This document shows positions 61,506 through 64,000 of a DNA stretch of 64,000 nt, piece after piece. Where the stretch lies: contig CBFFRP010000297.1 in the NCBI GenBank assembly GCA_965644295.1, forward strand, positions 372,001-436,000, given 5' to 3'. Made by a program: the position numbers and the translations under genes. The notes below the pieces were generated by a model. That model was not told where the DNA came from. It saw nothing but the letters and a program-made list of their open reading frames with translations, and searched no databases. The first letter of the stretch is position 1. Each line of letters begins with the position of its first letter. This DNA is from Paraphysomonas bandaiensis. Taxonomy: Eukaryota > Protista > Chrysophyceae.

Positions 61506-63020
61506 CTATAATCTCTCTCGTAACCAAGAAAACATTTTTGAATGAAACTCCGGCGCATTATCAAGATACAAATGGTGACCGGCGGAGTTGACAGTGGTGA
61601 GAGTAATATCCACCCCAGCCGTTTTCAAGTCATTGACGTACCTATCCACGTTGGGAAACCTCAGCCAATCATGATCTCCATAGATCAAAAGTATTGGTGG
61701 AACACCTTGAATAGGTTTCGTGCTTGAACTTCCCGTCTTGTGGTCCGAATTAGAGTTTTCAGAACGAGGTATGTGGTTGAATGCACTCAAGAGAACATGA
61801 GGGGTTATTGGCTCCCGAGCATAGACACCCGTACGGCGCCTTGCTTCCACTTGACTACCTACTCGGTCCATAGTGGCTACGTCAGCTAGAGAAAAACATT
61901 ACAACGAAAATGTGGAATATATAACCCTAACTCAGCTTACCTGAAAGTGGCTCATCTTGTGATATGATCGGTTTCAGCAAAGAGTTCATTGCATACTCAC
62001 CACTAGCTGGAGCAGCACTAATATGGTACAGGTAGTCGGATATTAGAGTTGTGTCTTCCGCATTCCACCTATCGGATCCAAATCTCCTCCGTACAGCACT
62101 TAGAACAGTTGCAGGTCCCTTAGGACCTAGCGTGCGCACGATCTGTTGCGGGGTAAAGTTAGATGACCACAGACAATCAATTAGTCGAATGGTGGATGGT
62201 AGCTCGGACGAAGGAACGTGTGTGTGGGCAGGAGGGATGTCAGCCAGCCCAGCGGGAGATACAAGGACTAGAGAGTTTACACCTGTGTGGGGGTACTTCA
62301 TAGCATATCGAGCGCAGAGATAGCCCCCCAATGAGTGCCCAGCCAAAACGAAGTCAGATACGCCAATAGACTCTCTGAATTCCTATAAGTTAACAACTTG
62401 TAAGATGTTCATATGAATATCCTTTGGTGCTATAATTATTACGAACTTGGAATACCTCTAAACTGTCGATAAAGAAATCAGTTGCGCGGGTGGGTCCCAT
62501 GGGCTCTGATGGCCACCACGAACCCATAAGTGGCATTCGAGGGGAATAACGGCAATTTGGGCGAGAGCTTCCGCCCATTCCTAACCAGTCCACAGCAATC
62601 ACGCGATCAAATTCACCTATCAAGGCGTCGTAATTGGCTGGACATCACATCACATTAACACAACAGTAAACTCAGTTACATATGAATAAACTCACCAAAA
62701 AACATCCCGAGTCCTGATCCGAACCCATGCAGCAGTAGCAGCGTCTTATCCCTCTCTCTGCCGCCATCGCCTCTAGATGGTTGTGTTCTCTTCATATCAA
62801 TGAAGTTTATGTACTCTCCAGACTTAAGATTCATGATTTTATGTGTGACTGGAGCCCTCACGAATCTATCGAATATAGCGGTCTGTGACATGTGCAGTAG
62901 TTTGGGTGAGGTGGGGAGGAACAGCTGAGATATCATATCGATATAGGAGTCCTCGGGATACACGTGCTCGGAGATAGGGCTTGGATCCTTCAATTTATCT
63001 GATGCCTTCGCAGTGTTCAT
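61506..63020 (-). CDS. Alpha/beta hydrolase of the ABHD4/ABHD5 (CGI-58/Cld1-like) family; 4 exons
   Basis: LLHGFGSG, VDWLGMGGSSRP, GHSLGGYL, YGDHDW, AGHHLYLDN (HX4D). Confidence 0.9.
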
Positions 63021-63466
63021 AGCCAGTTAAATGATGCCATATGGACTCGTAAGGCTCGATATGTTTGCAGTGAGCTGATACGATCACAAGATGACGTACA
63101 CGTACACATACATACATACATATACAGCACACTGCAGTACAGTTATGTACACAGATATACAGGTACTGTAGATGCCCTGCTGGAGTATACAGCACTGTAT
63201 ATGTATGTATGTATCCTAGGAATTCTATTTAAAAATCCACGAAAATTATGGCTCCTTGCCTCACGCACCGTACACACATTGTAGATCGGTATACGGAATA
63301 CAGCGGAACAGTCCTACATAGCAGTTTAGCTACAGTGATCTGCTGATGATGGTGGAGAGCCGTTAATGTTGAGTTCCATCAATGATGCATCCAGAAATCC
63401 ATATTGACACATATAAAGACCCATAAAAGCTAACATCTCTCTATAGAGACACACTAATCGACACCA

Positions 63467-63963
63467 ATGGCAAGAACTAAACAGGTGAATGACTTGTAAG
63501 TGCTTTTTGTCGAGAATAAATGTATCTTTAGATTGCAAGAAAGCATCAAGGCGGCAAAGCACCTCGAAAGACGTTTGGCAACAAAACTTCATATCGCCAA
63601 ACCACTAAACAACGTATTTGTATGAGAACATTGAAATTGACTTATAGTAAGGATTTTTCTTCAGGTCATCACAGGTATCGTCCTGGAACCGTTGCTTTGC
63701 GTGAGATTCGAAGGTATCAAAAAACATCCGAGTTGTTAATCCGACGCCTTCCCTTCCAGAGACTTGTTCGTGAAATTGCTTCTGATTACAAAAATGACAT
63801 TCGGTTTCAACAAAGTTCGATATTAGCCCTACAAGAAGCCTCAGAAGCGTACTTGACTGGTCTGTTTGAGAATTCTGTTCTTTGTGCGCTGCATGCTAAA
63901 CGGGTCACAATATTCGCAAGAGATATGCAACTAGCACGCAGGCTGCGTGGAGAGCGATTATAA
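63467..63963 (+). CDS. Divergent histone H3 variant (introns 63485-63531 and probably 63614-63664)
   Basis: MARTKQ|[13 protein letters not shown]...[36 protein letters not shown]. Confidence 0.92.
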
Positions 63964-64000
63964 GCCAATCATCGGATATTTGGGGTATTTTATAAACTTT

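Noticed and set aside
63622-63963. Centromeric H3 (cenH3)
   Set aside because: Canonical-type N-terminus, Q68 and F84 equivalents retained, no loop-1 extension

Overview
Eukaryotic nuclear DNA with short (mostly ~45-60 nt) GT-AG introns. The gene and transposon content suggests a stramenopile, possibly an ochrophyte such as a chrysophyte; this is an inference. There are about 14 host genes: serine palmitoyltransferase LCB1, a PMCA-type Ca2+-ATPase, a Nudix hydrolase, an MEP50-like WD40 protein, an NHL-repeat protein, a PH-domain protein, an unknown membrane protein, a divergent 14-3-3, an RCC1+ankyrin protein, an anoctamin, a subtilase, a mitochondrial carrier, an ABHD4/5-like hydrolase and a histone H3 variant. 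They alternate with dense nests of transposons. The main element is an intact, very young Ty1/Copia retrotransposon (9665-15346) with apparently identical 239-bp LTRs and a 5-bp TSD. Its LTR ends are non-canonical (TA...TT) and its integrase has an uncharacterised C-terminal extension. Other elements are two hAT derivatives with 8-bp TSDs, an RNase H-bearing LINE, short tail-less retro-insertions with 14-16 bp TSDs, MITEs, a hairpin-ended insertion and several decayed LTR elements. Host-gene highlights: a subtilase cassette inserted inside a split NIDO-like domain, an SH2-like module inserted in an NHL propeller blade, an H3 variant lacking S10/K27/S28, and long (TATG)n arrays upstream of genes. 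Exon boundaries and domain calls were read by eye and are not database-verified.
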